A stretch of DNA of 64,000 nt from Candidatus Woesearchaeota archaeon (GTDB lineage: Archaea; Nanobdellota; Nanobdellia; Woesearchaeales; UBA10216): positions 2,652 to 66,651 of the forward strand of contig JACPBX010000003.1 of the NCBI GenBank assembly GCA_016180085.1, in the 5' to 3' direction. The notes beneath the pieces were generated by a model, which saw only the letters and a list, made by a program, of their open reading frames with translations, had not been told where the DNA came from and did no database searches. Shown piece by piece: positions 7,422-16,986 of this stretch. Made by a program: the position numbers and the translations under genes. The first letter of the stretch is position 1. Each line of letters opens with the position of its first letter.

Positions 7422-7564
7422 CGTAGCTGCGCCAAGTGAAAGGCGTATTTAAACGTTTTTTGCCTTTTTAAGCAATGCCTTTTATAATTAAATAGAAAGT
7501 TTTAAATAGGTTAAGCTTTACAAACAGTGTAAATAATGCCTTTTCATCAAGGGAGTGGTTTAAA

Positions 7565-8200
7565 ATGGGTTATGTTGTAATAGCACCGGTCGGCGATAAC
7601 ATTGACGCACTGTTTGTTGGCCTGAAAGAGTTTCCTACAGAAAGGGTTGTCCTCATTACTCCGCCTTCAAGGGTTAAGGATGCGTTGAGGGTAAAAAAGG
7701 ACCTCGAGCGCTTCAAGATACCAGCAGCAGTAGAGGAGGTTGCTGGCAACTTTATGGAAGCCACGTTTGAAGTCATTGCCAGGGTAAAGCAAATTGAAAC
7801 AGGCAGGGACATCATAGTAAATGTGGCAACTGGGGACAGAGTCTCCACCTGTGCTGCCTTGAGCGCAGCGTTTGTCAATGGGCTAAAGGCGTTCGGTGTT
7901 GAGCATGACAAAGTCATGCTTCTGCCGATACTTAGGTTTTCATACTATAAGATGCTGACAGACAGAAAACTAGGCATCCTTAAGCTTCTTTTTAGCAAAG
8001 GCAATAAAACATTTGAGGAACTTGAGAAGGAAACAAGAATGAGTCTGCCCCTAATTTCTTACCACATTAACGGTAACCAAAAGGCTGAGGGACTGAAGCA
8101 GCTTGGGCTTGTTGAAGTTGTTGAGGGAAAGGGCAAGCCTGTAAAGTCTGTAGTGCAGCTCACAATGCTTGGCAGGTTGCTGGTAAAAGGCTACATTTAA
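7565..8200 (+). CDS. Putative regulator: Csa3/CARF-like Rossmann N-domain plus C-terminal wHTH
   Basis: The N-terminus reads VVIAPVGDNIDALFVGLKEFPTERVVLI. The C-terminus reads FEELEKETRMSLPLISYHINGN...GLVEVVEG (winged helix). This is a resemblance only; no HMM was run. Confidence 0.5.
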   Translation: MGYVVIAPVGDNIDALFVGLKEFPTERVVLITPPSRVKDALRVKKDLERFKIPAAVEEVAGNFMEATFEVIARVKQIETGRDIIVNVATGDRVSTCAALSAAFVNGLKAFGVEHDKVMLLPILRFSYYKMLTDRKLGILKLLFSKGNKTFEELEKETRMSLPLISYHINGNQKAEGLKQLGLVEVVEGKGKPVKSVVQLTMLGRLLVKGYI

Positions 8201-8257
8201 CCTGATATTTAATTATTAAAGAAAACTATTATAATAGAACCTCTTTGATGTGCCTAT

Positions 8258-8908
8258 ATGGTTACATTTATGAGGAAGAATCCATTTTCGCTGCACCTGT
8301 TGCTTTTAATCGTCGCAATCTCAGCAGCTTTTTTAATCTCGGGTTGCACTGGCGGCTCGTCAAGGTCGCAAAGCTCGCTTACAGGCGCAGCTACTCTTGA
8401 AGACCTTGAGGGCAGGGAAGTTCCTGCTGCTGGTGATCATACCCCATTAGTCCAAGCTGCTCCAACTGCTCCTGTTGGCAATACCAAAGGTTTCACTGCT
8501 CCTGATTTTACGATTAAAACGATTGATGGCAAAGCCGTTTCGCTGCAGCAGCTCACTTCAGAAAAGCCCACCCTGCTTTACTTCTGGGCAACCTGGTGCC
8601 CTTATTGCAAAAGGGATTTGGCAGCCGCCAGCAAGGTTTACCCTGAGTATAAGGATAAAGTGAATTTTTTGGCAATTGACCTGGATCCTAAGGAAAGCGT
8701 TGCAGCAATCGCAGCGTATAAGCGAAATGGCGGCCATGATTTCATAGACTTCGCCCCTGCTGATTTGAAAGTGCTGCAGGGGTACGGGATTACTTCAACA
8801 ACAACCAAATTCGCAATTGACAGGAGCAGACTAATCCTGTGGAGGGGCTCCGGCGAGGTTGACGAGAAAACGTGGAGAATAATCCTTGATGGGCTCGCTA
8901 ACTCTTGA
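8258..8908 (+). CDS. TlpA/ResA-like thiol:disulfide oxidoreductase lipoprotein
   Basis: Lipobox FLISGC and LLYFWATWCPYCKRDL thioredoxin motif. The 3' end overlaps convergent pyrB by 11 nt. Confidence 0.8.
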   Translation: MVTFMRKNPFSLHLLLLIVAISAAFLISGCTGGSSRSQSSLTGAATLEDLEGREVPAAGDHTPLVQAAPTAPVGNTKGFTAPDFTIKTIDGKAVSLQQLTSEKPTLLYFWATWCPYCKRDLAAASKVYPEYKDKVNFLAIDLDPKESVAAIAAYKRNGGHDFIDFAPADLKVLQGYGITSTTTKFAIDRSRLILWRGSGEVDEKTWRIILDGLANS

Positions 8909-9815
8909 GCAGCATAGACAACAGCGCCATCCTCACAGGTATTCCGTTGTGTGCCTGCTCGAAGTATATGCTCTGCTTTGCCTTGTCAAGTTGGGGATTG
9001 ATTTCATCAACCCTGGGCAGTGGGTGCAAAATCTTGAGCCCTGGCTTCGTGTGCTCCAGGAATGAGGGGTCAAGCTTGTAAACACCTTTTACTCCGTGAT
9101 ACTCTTCGGGGTTAAGGAATCTTTCCTTCTGTATTCTGGTTACGTAAAGGACGTCAAGCTTCTTGCTTACCTTGAAAAGGTCTTCCTCCTCGTAATATTT
9201 TGTTTTTCTCTTTTCAAGCTCTTTTAGGTCTTCTTCCGGCATTCGCAGCGACTTTGGTGAGATAAAATAAATCGTGGGGTTGAAGTATGACAGGGCAAAC
9301 GCGAGCGAGTGCACTGTCCTTCCGTATTTAAGGTCTCCGAGAAAGCCAATTGTCAAGCCGTCCAGGTGGCCGCAGCTTTTTTTTATCGTGAACAGGTCTC
9401 CAAATGTCTGGGTTGGGTGCTCATGCGCGCCATCGCCTGCATTTATGACAGGGTGCTTTGCTATGTCTGCCGCCCTTTTTGCACTCCCTATTTCAGGATG
9501 CCTTATGACTATAATGTCGCAGTAGCCGTCTATTATCCTTATCGTGTCTTCGAAAGTTTCCCCTTTTGATATTGAAGTCATCGATGGCTCTGCAAAGCCA
9601 ACAACGCTTCCTCCCAGTCTGTGCATCGCCGCTTCAAAGCTCAGTCTGGTGCGGGTGGATGGCTCAAAAAACAGCGATGCCATGACCTTTCCCTGCAGCA
9701 ACTGGGAATAGCTTTCCCTGTCCTTTTCAATTGCCGCTGCCTTGCCAACTACCTCTAACAAATCCTCTTTCGAGAAGTCCTTTATTGAGACAACGTCTCT
9801 TCCCAACCAACCCAT
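8898..9815 (-). CDS. pyrB: Aspartate carbamoyltransferase catalytic subunit
   Basis: STRTRLSFEAA, HPTQ and HPLPRVDEI motifs. No pyrI is adjacent. Confidence 0.9.
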   Translation of the reverse strand: MGWLGRDVVSIKDFSKEDLLEVVGKAAAIEKDRESYSQLLQGKVMASLFFEPSTRTRLSFEAAMHRLGGSVVGFAEPSMTSISKGETFEDTIRIIDGYCDIIVIRHPEIGSAKRAADIAKHPVINAGDGAHEHPTQTFGDLFTIKKSCGHLDGLTIGFLGDLKYGRTVHSLAFALSYFNPTIYFISPKSLRMPEEDLKELEKRKTKYYEEEDLFKVSKKLDVLYVTRIQKERFLNPEEYHGVKGVYKLDPSFLEHTKPGLKILHPLPRVDEINPQLDKAKQSIYFEQAHNGIPVRMALLSMLLKS

Positions 9816-9912
9816 ATCAAAAAAGATTAAGGGCAGTTCTTCGTTTATAAAGTTATTGATGCAAATTGGTAGGACACATAACTCTTCTATTCAGGAGTTT
9901 CCAGTGTGTTGC

Positions 9913-10596
9913 TTAACTGTATGCAAAATTTACTGCTGCGCGCGCCAGCAGCTCATCTGTATCGTAAAGCCTTCTTGGTATGTCACCCTGTTTGACAAGC
10001 AAGGGAACCTCTGTGCACCCTGCAATGATCGCCTGGGCGCCTTTCTGCTCCATCTCCCTAATTATACCAACCAATTCCCCCCTGTCTTCTTCCAGGCGGC
10101 GGCCGCTGATAACATTTCCCAGGATTCTCGTTACGTCTTCCTGTCTGGTTGTCAACAAAATACTGATGCCGTACTGCTGCAGTAAGCCTTCATATATTCT
10201 GTTTTTGAGCGTTGTGGTTGTAGCAACGAGTCCTACGGTTTTGTGCCCGTCTGCAACAATTCTTTCGGCAGTAACTTCGCCAATGTGAAGCAAAGGGATG
10301 TTAACTGCTTCTCTTATCTGGCCTGCGTAAGCATGAGCTGAGTTGCAGGGCATTACAAGGAAATCAGCGCCAGCTTCCTCTAGTCCTCTGGCTGCAGTTG
10401 TAAGGATAGGAACGGCAGTTTCAGCATATTTTAATGTTTCAACAATCCCGTTCTCAAAACTCAGAATATCCGCTATGATTCTTGGTGTGACTTCTGGTTT
10501 TGCAGAGGGATGTTTTTGACTGAAGGCAACGACTTGGTTAAGAAAAGCCAGTGTTGCATCAGGCCCCATCCCGCCTATAACTCCTATGGTCTTCAT
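9913..10596 (-). CDS. Aspartate/glutamate racemase family protein
   Basis: IGVIGGMGPDAT at the N-terminus, two catalytic Cys contexts (PCNSAH, AGCTE), 227 aa. Confidence 0.8.
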   Translation of the reverse strand: MKTIGVIGGMGPDATLAFLNQVVAFSQKHPSAKPEVTPRIIADILSFENGIVETLKYAETAVPILTTAARGLEEAGADFLVMPCNSAHAYAGQIREAVNIPLLHIGEVTAERIVADGHKTVGLVATTTTLKNRIYEGLLQQYGISILLTTRQEDVTRILGNVISGRRLEEDRGELVGIIREMEQKGAQAIIAGCTEVPLLVKQGDIPRRLYDTDELLARAAVNFAYS

Positions 10597-10641
10597 GCAA
10601 CCATGGAACGGCTTTTGATATTTAATCTTTTCTTCAGGAGC

Positions 10642-11835
10642 TCAGAATTTCTTGCTGCTTGATTTCTCACCAATAATCTTGTAAGCCTCCCTGAAAGGCA
10701 CGCCTTTCTTAACAAGCTCGTAAGCCTTCTGGGTAGCATAAAGCCCTGGCGTCATTGCTGCCCTGCAGCGCTTTTCGTTGAACCTGAGATTCTTCATCGC
10801 AGCAGCCAGCATTCTGACAGTTTCCAATGTAGTGTCAATTCCCTTCATTAGCGGCTCCTTGGTAAGCTGTAAATCGCGGTTGTACCCGCCTGGCAGGTTG
10901 GCTGTTATGGCAGTCACTGCAGCGACGCATCCAACCAGCACCCCATAACGCCCTCTCGCTAATTCAAAAACATCGTAGTTGTTCTTCTGCGGCATGATGC
11001 TGCTGCCGGTAAGGAAATCTTGCGGCAACGAAACAAAGCCGAATTCAGAGGTCGAAAACAGCATCAGGTCGGTTGCAAGCTTGTTGATGTCCAGCATCAG
11101 CTGCTGCAGCGCCTGCAGCACGAGCAGCTCGAACTTGCCCCTGCTTATCTGCACATAGGTTGTTTCCTGAACCCTTTCAAATCCCAGCAGCTTCGCAGTC
11201 AGCTCCCTGTCAGCCTTGATTGGCAGCCCGTAGCCTGCACCGCTGCCAAGCGGGTTCTGGTTGAGTATTTCTTTCACGGCCGCGATTAGTTTCAAATCGT
11301 CCTCTATTGCTGCAGCAAAGCCGTTAGCCCAGAGCTCAACGGATGATGGCATTGCCTTCTGCATGTGGGTATAGCCCGGCAGCGGGATGTTTTTGTTCCG
11401 TTTGGCTGCAGCAGAGATTTCGTTTTTCAGTCCCGTGGCAGCAGCTGCAGTCTCTCCCAATCTGTCAAGCATGTACAGCCTCAGCGCAGCAGCAACCTGG
11501 TCATTCCTGCTTCTTGCCGTGTGAATTTTCTTTCCAGCCTCTCCAGTCTTTGCCACAAGATAGTTTTCTATTGCGGTGTGGCAGTCCTCGTCCTCCTGTC
11601 TAATCTCAAACTTCCCTTTTTCAGCGGCAATAATGATTTCTTTCAGGGCAGCTTTTAGTTTTGCCAGTTCGCCGCTGCTTAGGACTCCAATCTTGTGCAG
11701 CATCTCAGCATGTGCAATGCTCGCTGCAGCGTCATATTTCAACAGATTTCTGTCCACTATGTAGTCGTTGCCTACAGTGAACTTCTCTACCTCGCTGCTG
11801 AGGCTGTTGCTGCCTTTCTGCCACAACTTTGTCAT
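10642..11835 (-). CDS. argH: Argininosuccinate lyase (short form, 397 aa)
   Basis: SRNDQV and GSSIMPQKNN fumarate-lyase signature. Overlaps argG by 4 nt. Confidence 0.85.
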   Translation of the reverse strand: MTKLWQKGSNSLSSEVEKFTVGNDYIVDRNLLKYDAAASIAHAEMLHKIGVLSSGELAKLKAALKEIIIAAEKGKFEIRQEDEDCHTAIENYLVAKTGEAGKKIHTARSRNDQVAAALRLYMLDRLGETAAAATGLKNEISAAAKRNKNIPLPGYTHMQKAMPSSVELWANGFAAAIEDDLKLIAAVKEILNQNPLGSGAGYGLPIKADRELTAKLLGFERVQETTYVQISRGKFELLVLQALQQLMLDINKLATDLMLFSTSEFGFVSLPQDFLTGSSIMPQKNNYDVFELARGRYGVLVGCVAAVTAITANLPGGYNRDLQLTKEPLMKGIDTTLETVRMLAAAMKNLRFNEKRCRAAMTPGLYATQKAYELVKKGVPFREAYKIIGEKSSSKKF

Positions 11836-13091
11836 TTTTTGCCTTTCGCCTTCTTCTCAGCCTGCTTTGCAAGCTTCATCTGCAGGCTGTAAAGCTCTAT
11901 GAAGCCTGCGCTTGCATTCTGGTTGAAGCTGTAGTCCTTCATGAACGTTGCCAGCCTGCTGTCATAAAGCGCGTAGGGCGTGTCAACCGCAACCGCTTCC
12001 GCTTTTCCCTTGAGCAGCTTCACCGTCACTGTCCCGGTGACTTTCTCGTTCACATTGTCATTGAAGGCGTGTATCGCGTCCATCAGCGGCTCAAACCACA
12101 ATGCCCCGTAGCACAGGTATGCCCACTTTGTGTCCATCATGCTTTTTACCTCATTAAGCATCCTTGTGCTTACATACTTTTCCAGGTTGCGGTGCGCCTC
12201 TATTATTGTGTGCGCCCCAGGCATTTCATAAACCCCCCTTACTTTCAGCCCCATTATCCTGTCCTCTATGTGCGTCACTATGCCCACGCCGTGCTTTCCG
12301 GCTATTTTGTTAAGCTGCATTATCAGCTGCGAAAGCTTCATTCTCTTCCCGTTCAGCGCAACAGGGATTCCCTTTTCGAATTCCAGTTTCACATACTCTG
12401 GAATGTCAGGGGCCTTCTCTGGCTGCGTGTACGTTGTAAGGAACTTCTCAAACTTCGGGACCTGTGACGGGTCCTCTATCTCTCCGCTCTCCCAGGTCAT
12501 GCCCCACATGTTGTCATCTACGCTGTAGGGAAAGTCCTTCTTGGCAGGAACTGGTATGCCGCGCTTCTCAGCATATTCAATTTCCTCATCGCGGCCCATG
12601 CTCCACTCCCTGACAGGAGCTATCACCTTTATGTCCGGCTTCAGGGTGAGGGCAGCTGCTTCAATCCTCACCTGGTCGTTGCCCTTGCCAGTGCAGCCAT
12701 GGGCTATGGCGTCAGCCCCCTCTTTCTCAGCTATTTCTATGGCAACCTTGGCCATCAAATATCTGCTGATTGTGCTGATGTGGTAGTCTCCCTGGTATGA
12801 GCCGTTGGCCTTTATCAGCTTTGACAGGTAATTGTCTGCGAACTCGTCCTTGACGTCAATGACATAGGCCTTCACGGCGCCGAATTTCAGCGCCTTCTGC
12901 TTTATGGCTTCCAGGTCATCACCCTGCTGCCCGAGGTCCAAAGTTACGGTTACCACCTTTGCCCCGTATTCCTCCTGTAGCCAGGTGAGCATGCAGCTCG
13001 TGTCCAGCCCTCCCGAATAGAGCAGCACTACCTTCTTCACTTTCCCTTTTTCTGCTTCATAGCTTGCGACTTTTGTGTATTGATTGTTCAT
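11832..13091 (-). CDS. argG: Argininosuccinate synthase
   Basis: LYSGGLDTS PP-loop and AHGCTGKGNDQVR. Confidence 0.95.
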   Translation of the reverse strand: MNNQYTKVASYEAEKGKVKKVVLLYSGGLDTSCMLTWLQEEYGAKVVTVTLDLGQQGDDLEAIKQKALKFGAVKAYVIDVKDEFADNYLSKLIKANGSYQGDYHISTISRYLMAKVAIEIAEKEGADAIAHGCTGKGNDQVRIEAAALTLKPDIKVIAPVREWSMGRDEEIEYAEKRGIPVPAKKDFPYSVDDNMWGMTWESGEIEDPSQVPKFEKFLTTYTQPEKAPDIPEYVKLEFEKGIPVALNGKRMKLSQLIMQLNKIAGKHGVGIVTHIEDRIMGLKVRGVYEMPGAHTIIEAHRNLEKYVSTRMLNEVKSMMDTKWAYLCYGALWFEPLMDAIHAFNDNVNEKVTGTVTVKLLKGKAEAVAVDTPYALYDSRLATFMKDYSFNQNASAGFIELYSLQMKLAKQAEKKAKGKK

Positions 13092-13153
13092 TTTGGTTCA
13101 CTCCCCCATTCTTGCCCACTTAGTGGCTTTGTTTTATAAGTCTATCGTCACTA

Positions 13154-14239
13154 TCACACTACCACGGAGGTTATCGTTACTGTTCCTCCGGAAAGCAGCA
13201 GGTTAACTTTCCCTTTAACATTTTTTTGCAGTTCGTCTACTTGGCTCATAGTTTCGGCCATTTCTGAATTGAACCAATCTCCATAAAATGCCAGTCTGCC
13301 AAATTGTGAAGACAAGCTGCTAAAGCGGGCATATTCGCCTCCAATAAGTTTCTGGCTTAATTTGCGATGGGCTTCGTAAAGGATAGCGCCACCTGGCGTG
13401 ACGTATAAACCTTCCCTCGTAACTCCGTCAATGTCCGGTATCTGCAGCTCGGCTATTCCTATGCCATAAGCCGCTCCGGCATCAAAGAGTCTTTCCATTA
13501 GCTCGACAGGTTCGCGTGCAATGCCATCATGTTCTCTGCCTGAGGTAGCGAACAAAACCGGGTTTCCGTTTTCGAACCGTATGCACGCCTCGAGAGGAAT
13601 TCCTGGTGCATCAGCCGGATGGGTTACTGTTATCATTCGCCGCAAAAGTTTTTGGGTTAATGGTTCCGGATAATCCTCGTAACACTCGTGGAAAAGGTGT
13701 TTTTCGCTTGTCCATGGGCGCATTTCTGTGGTTGTTGAGCGAATCTCGTGTGCTTGTGTATAAGCCAAGAGAGTTTTTCTGTCAGGGAATTCATTAATGA
13801 AATCTTTATCTTCCCAAGGCACATACACCTCTACGCCCCTGCCCGAATGACGGTATGCTTTTTGGAACCTGTAGAACTCATTTTGGTTTCTTGTTGCTCC
13901 GTGTGCTACAATTGTTATGCCGCGTTCGTTGGCAACCCTAACCTGCGCTAATGCAACAAGCGCCTTTGGTAATGCTCCTCCAAGCAAGTATTCGTAGTAG
14001 CGCGCATTTGCGCGTTGAGCAGGGAAAATGTATTGCCTCACAAACTGTTCCTTACAGTCTGTTGCCACGTATTCGGCGGCCCCTGCTTCAAGTGCAAATT
14101 GTCTTAGCTGTCCGAAGTCAAGCCTTTGCCCTATGTCGGCAGTAAAAGCAATTACTTCGTGCCCTTTATGGGCAAGCCAGTGCAGAGCTACAGTAGCATC
14201 AAGCCCCCCCGTGTAAGCCAATACTATGCCTTTCCCCAT
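13154..14239 (-). CDS. Divergent argininosuccinate-synthase-like PP-loop ATPase paralog
   Basis: AYTGGLDAT PP-loop, but AHGATRNQNEFYRF replaces AHGCTGKGNDQVRF. It has ArgG-like length and order of blocks. Confidence 0.7.
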   Translation of the reverse strand: MGKGIVLAYTGGLDATVALHWLAHKGHEVIAFTADIGQRLDFGQLRQFALEAGAAEYVATDCKEQFVRQYIFPAQRANARYYEYLLGGALPKALVALAQVRVANERGITIVAHGATRNQNEFYRFQKAYRHSGRGVEVYVPWEDKDFINEFPDRKTLLAYTQAHEIRSTTTEMRPWTSEKHLFHECYEDYPEPLTQKLLRRMITVTHPADAPGIPLEACIRFENGNPVLFATSGREHDGIAREPVELMERLFDAGAAYGIGIAELQIPDIDGVTREGLYVTPGGAILYEAHRKLSQKLIGGEYARFSSLSSQFGRLAFYGDWFNSEMAETMSQVDELQKNVKGKVNLLLSGGTVTITSVVV

Positions 14240-14341
14240 TCAGTTTGGGGTTTTTATTCATGTTTTAAGCCTATTGCCCAGCTTAAGACAAAATTAAACA
14301 AAAATGTCTGAAACAAAACATTTATATCCTGAACGGGTTAA

Positions 14342-14983
14342 ATGGCTGCCATGAATATAACGAAATTGGCGGAGCAATACATTGAGGAGCATCCAAGCGT
14401 AAAGGACTGCTTGAGGAAAAGGCTTGTCAACTACTCGCAGCTATCAAGGCGTATAATGAAGGACAACAACCTGAAAAGCAGCGATTTTGATGCAGTGCTT
14501 ATCGCAGCAAGGAGGTATCTTTGGAAACTTTCAAAATTCTCTGCGGCGGAGGACAAAATCAGGTCTTTGCTGGCTAAGAGCTCCATTGACATTAAGACAA
14601 AGATTGCTGTGGCTGTTATTGAAAAGCACATTTTAACGGATGACCTTTTGGAACTTGAGAGAAAAATAAAGAAGAGCCGCAACGTTTTCTATGCAGTAGA
14701 AGGCACAGCCGCCATAACAATCATAACTGCGGCGGTTTTTTTGGATGATATCCGCAGCAGCTTTAAATCCAGCATAATTAAAATTTGGACCAATTTGGCA
14801 CTTGTTGTAATCGCCAGCCCGGAAGAGATTGAGGAAACACCAGGTGTATTCAGTTACCTTGCCGGCCTGCTTGCAGACCGCGGCATAAACGTGCTTGAGG
14901 CGATGAGCTGCTGGTCAGAAACCCTTTTTGTTGTTTCAGAGAAAGACATTGCAAAGGTGCTTGAGGCGCTGAGGTTCCAATAA
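14342..14983 (+). CDS. ACT-domain regulator-like protein (COG2150-like)
   Basis: The C-terminal PGVFSYLAGLLADRGINVLEAMS is ACT-like. The likely real start is ATG 14351, about 24 nt after TATA tttatat. Confidence 0.6.
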   Translation: MAAMNITKLAEQYIEEHPSVKDCLRKRLVNYSQLSRRIMKDNNLKSSDFDAVLIAARRYLWKLSKFSAAEDKIRSLLAKSSIDIKTKIAVAVIEKHILTDDLLELERKIKKSRNVFYAVEGTAAITIITAAVFLDDIRSSFKSSIIKIWTNLALVVIASPEEIEETPGVFSYLAGLLADRGINVLEAMSCWSETLFVVSEKDIAKVLEALRFQ

Positions 14984-15017
14984 TTATATAAAATATCCGC
15001 TGTAGCAACTATTGAAA

Positions 15018-15680
15018 ATGAAAGCTGTTGTGTGCCTGCCGACAAGGAACGAGAAGGACAGCATCCAGCCCATGATTGACAGCATAAAAAAGCTGAGGCT
15101 GCCCCTTTTCATTTCAGATGAGAATTCCACAGACGGCACTCAGGAGATTGCCAGGAAAAACCATGTTCGGGTGTTTCAGAGGGATGGCAAAGGGAAAGGC
15201 TACGGCATGCGGAAGGCTGTGGAGGTCGCAAGGCAGCTTGGCTATGATGTCCTGGTGACCATTGACTGTGACTGCACATACCCTGCCGGAAAGATAACAG
15301 ACCTCCTCAAGGCAATTGAGGGCGGGGCGGATATGGTTATTGCGGTAAGGAACATGAAAAACATACGGCCGCTCCACCGTTTGCCGAATAAAATCCATAC
15401 CTTGGCGATAAACATCCTTTTCTTCAGGTTCTTTGGCAGGAGAAATTGGCTTCACGACATAAACTCCGGCATGAGGGCTTTCAGGCTTGGCAGAATCAGG
15501 CCGTTCAGGTCAAAGGGCTTTGACATTGAGGCGGAAATCACCGTCAGGGCGATTAAGGACGGCCTTAAAATAGCAGAAATCCCTGTTGAATACGAAAAGA
15601 GGGTTGGCGAGTCAAAGATACGGATTAAGGACGGCTTCACAATCCTCATGAGGATAATCAAGGAGAGGTTTTTGCCATAA
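15018..15680 (+). CDS. Family 2 glycosyltransferase (dolichyl-phosphate sugar synthase-like)
   Basis: LPTRNEKDSI...DENSTDGT...TIDCD pattern. TATA ttatataaaa lies about 26 nt upstream. Confidence 0.8.
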   Translation: MKAVVCLPTRNEKDSIQPMIDSIKKLRLPLFISDENSTDGTQEIARKNHVRVFQRDGKGKGYGMRKAVEVARQLGYDVLVTIDCDCTYPAGKITDLLKAIEGGADMVIAVRNMKNIRPLHRLPNKIHTLAINILFFRFFGRRNWLHDINSGMRAFRLGRIRPFRSKGFDIEAEITVRAIKDGLKIAEIPVEYEKRVGESKIRIKDGFTILMRIIKERFLP

Positions 15681-15743
15681 ATTCGTGTGGGTGCTTGCTT
15701 TTCTAGCAATCTTTTTAAACCGCCCTTTGTTGTCTTTTTTTCT

Positions 15744-16346
15744 ATGGTTGATGAGGCAGTTGTGAAGGAAAAGCTCGGGCAGGGCTGCCTGAGGATTAAT
15801 ATGGTCATCGAGATAGTTGGCGCTCCGAAGGAGCACGTTGAGGACACCCTGCGCCTGGTTCTGAAAAAGCTGAGGGAGGAGAAGGGCGTTGACGTGCTTG
15901 GCGGAAAGGTCCACGAGCCAAAGCCGCAGGGCCCGTTTTTCAGCACCTTCGCTGAATTGGAAGTCCTCGTCAAGGACTTCGCAACTCTTATCAACGTCTG
16001 CTTCAATTACATGCCTTCGTCCATTGAAATTGTTGAGCCTGCACAGTTCAGGCTTTCGCCTCTCAACATATCAGACCTGTTTAACGACCTTCTTGGCAGG
16101 CTTCACGAGATTGACATGCGGCTCAAGAACACTAACGCTGCGAATATCCTGCTTGACAAAAACCTCAACAACCTGCTGAAAAATGCAGTCCTCATAATTC
16201 TCGGCTCCGGCTCAAAGACGCTTGGCGAGCTGTCGGTCAAGGTTGGCATTGCGGAACAGCAGCTTGAGCCTTTCCTTGCAAAGTTTGCTGATGAAAAGGT
16301 GGTAAGGAAGGACGGCCACCACTACACAGCCCTTGTCAGGATGTAA
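15744..16346 (+). CDS. Hypothetical protein with C-terminal wHTH-like segment
   Basis: The ATG lies 24 nt after TATA ttttaaac and the composition looks coding. No family was recognised. Confidence 0.5.
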   Translation: MVDEAVVKEKLGQGCLRINMVIEIVGAPKEHVEDTLRLVLKKLREEKGVDVLGGKVHEPKPQGPFFSTFAELEVLVKDFATLINVCFNYMPSSIEIVEPAQFRLSPLNISDLFNDLLGRLHEIDMRLKNTNAANILLDKNLNNLLKNAVLIILGSGSKTLGELSVKVGIAEQQLEPFLAKFADEKVVRKDGHHYTALVRM

Positions 16347-16380
16347 AACTTTAATAATGGTCTCAGCAAATTACCTTCTC

Positions 16381-16986
16381 ATGGCCGAAACTGAAGCAAA
16401 GCAGCAGGATTTGAGGAAGCAGCTAGAAGCTGTTCTTTTCGCAGCTGGCAGGAAAATGCCAGCAGAAGAGCTCGCAAGGCTGTGCCGGACAACCGCCGTT
16501 GTAGTTCTGCAGCAGCTGCAGCAGCTGAAAAGCGAGTATGAAAGCAAGGATTCATCGCTGCTGCTGATAGACGAGGCTGACGGCTGGAAGCTCACAGTGC
16601 GGGAGCAGTATGCCCCTGTTGTGCAGAAGATTGTTGCCGAGACCGAGCTTACAAGGACTATGATTGAGACCCTTGCCGTAATCGCATGGAAGGCTCCGGT
16701 TCTGCAGTCTAACGTGATAAGAATAAGGACGAACAAGGCCTACGACCACCTCGCAGCCCTCGAAAAATCCGGTTTCATAACCAGGGAGAAGCACGGCAGG
16801 TCGAAGATGATAAAGCTTACCGAGCGCTTCTTCAAGTATTTCGACGTGAAAACAGGGCAGGAAGTCAAGGAAAAGTTCAAGGGTCTTGGTCCTGTGGCGG
16901 CAGAAACAGCCACAGAAGCCACAGCAGTCGCAGCTGCTGCGGAAAAGCAGGCTGGCAGCGTAAGTGATGAAAATGTTCCTTCTTGA
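16381..16986 (+). CDS. scpB: Segregation and condensation protein B
   Basis: LEAVLFAAGRKMPAEELA and a tandem wHTH pattern. TATA tttaataa lies about 24 nt upstream of ATG 16381. Confidence 0.8.
   Translation: MAETEAKQQDLRKQLEAVLFAAGRKMPAEELARLCRTTAVVVLQQLQQLKSEYESKDSSLLLIDEADGWKLTVREQYAPVVQKIVAETELTRTMIETLAVIAWKAPVLQSNVIRIRTNKAYDHLAALEKSGFITREKHGRSKMIKLTERFFKYFDVKTGQEVKEKFKGLGPVAAETATEATAVAAAAEKQAGSVSDENVPS

Noticed and set aside
11829-12467. 212-aa plus-strand ORF over argG, and similar ORFs over argH, the ArgG paralog and gyrA (e.g. 19840-20445) and rfbB/rfbA (59106-59822)
   Set aside because: Each lies antisense to a gene with strong family signatures. The translations look like off-frame noise.
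13116-13126. Palindrome CCACT-T-AGTGG between the TATA box and the argG start, considered as an operator
   Set aside because: The arms are only 5 bp and there is a single occurrence. That is too short to distinguish from chance without comparative data.
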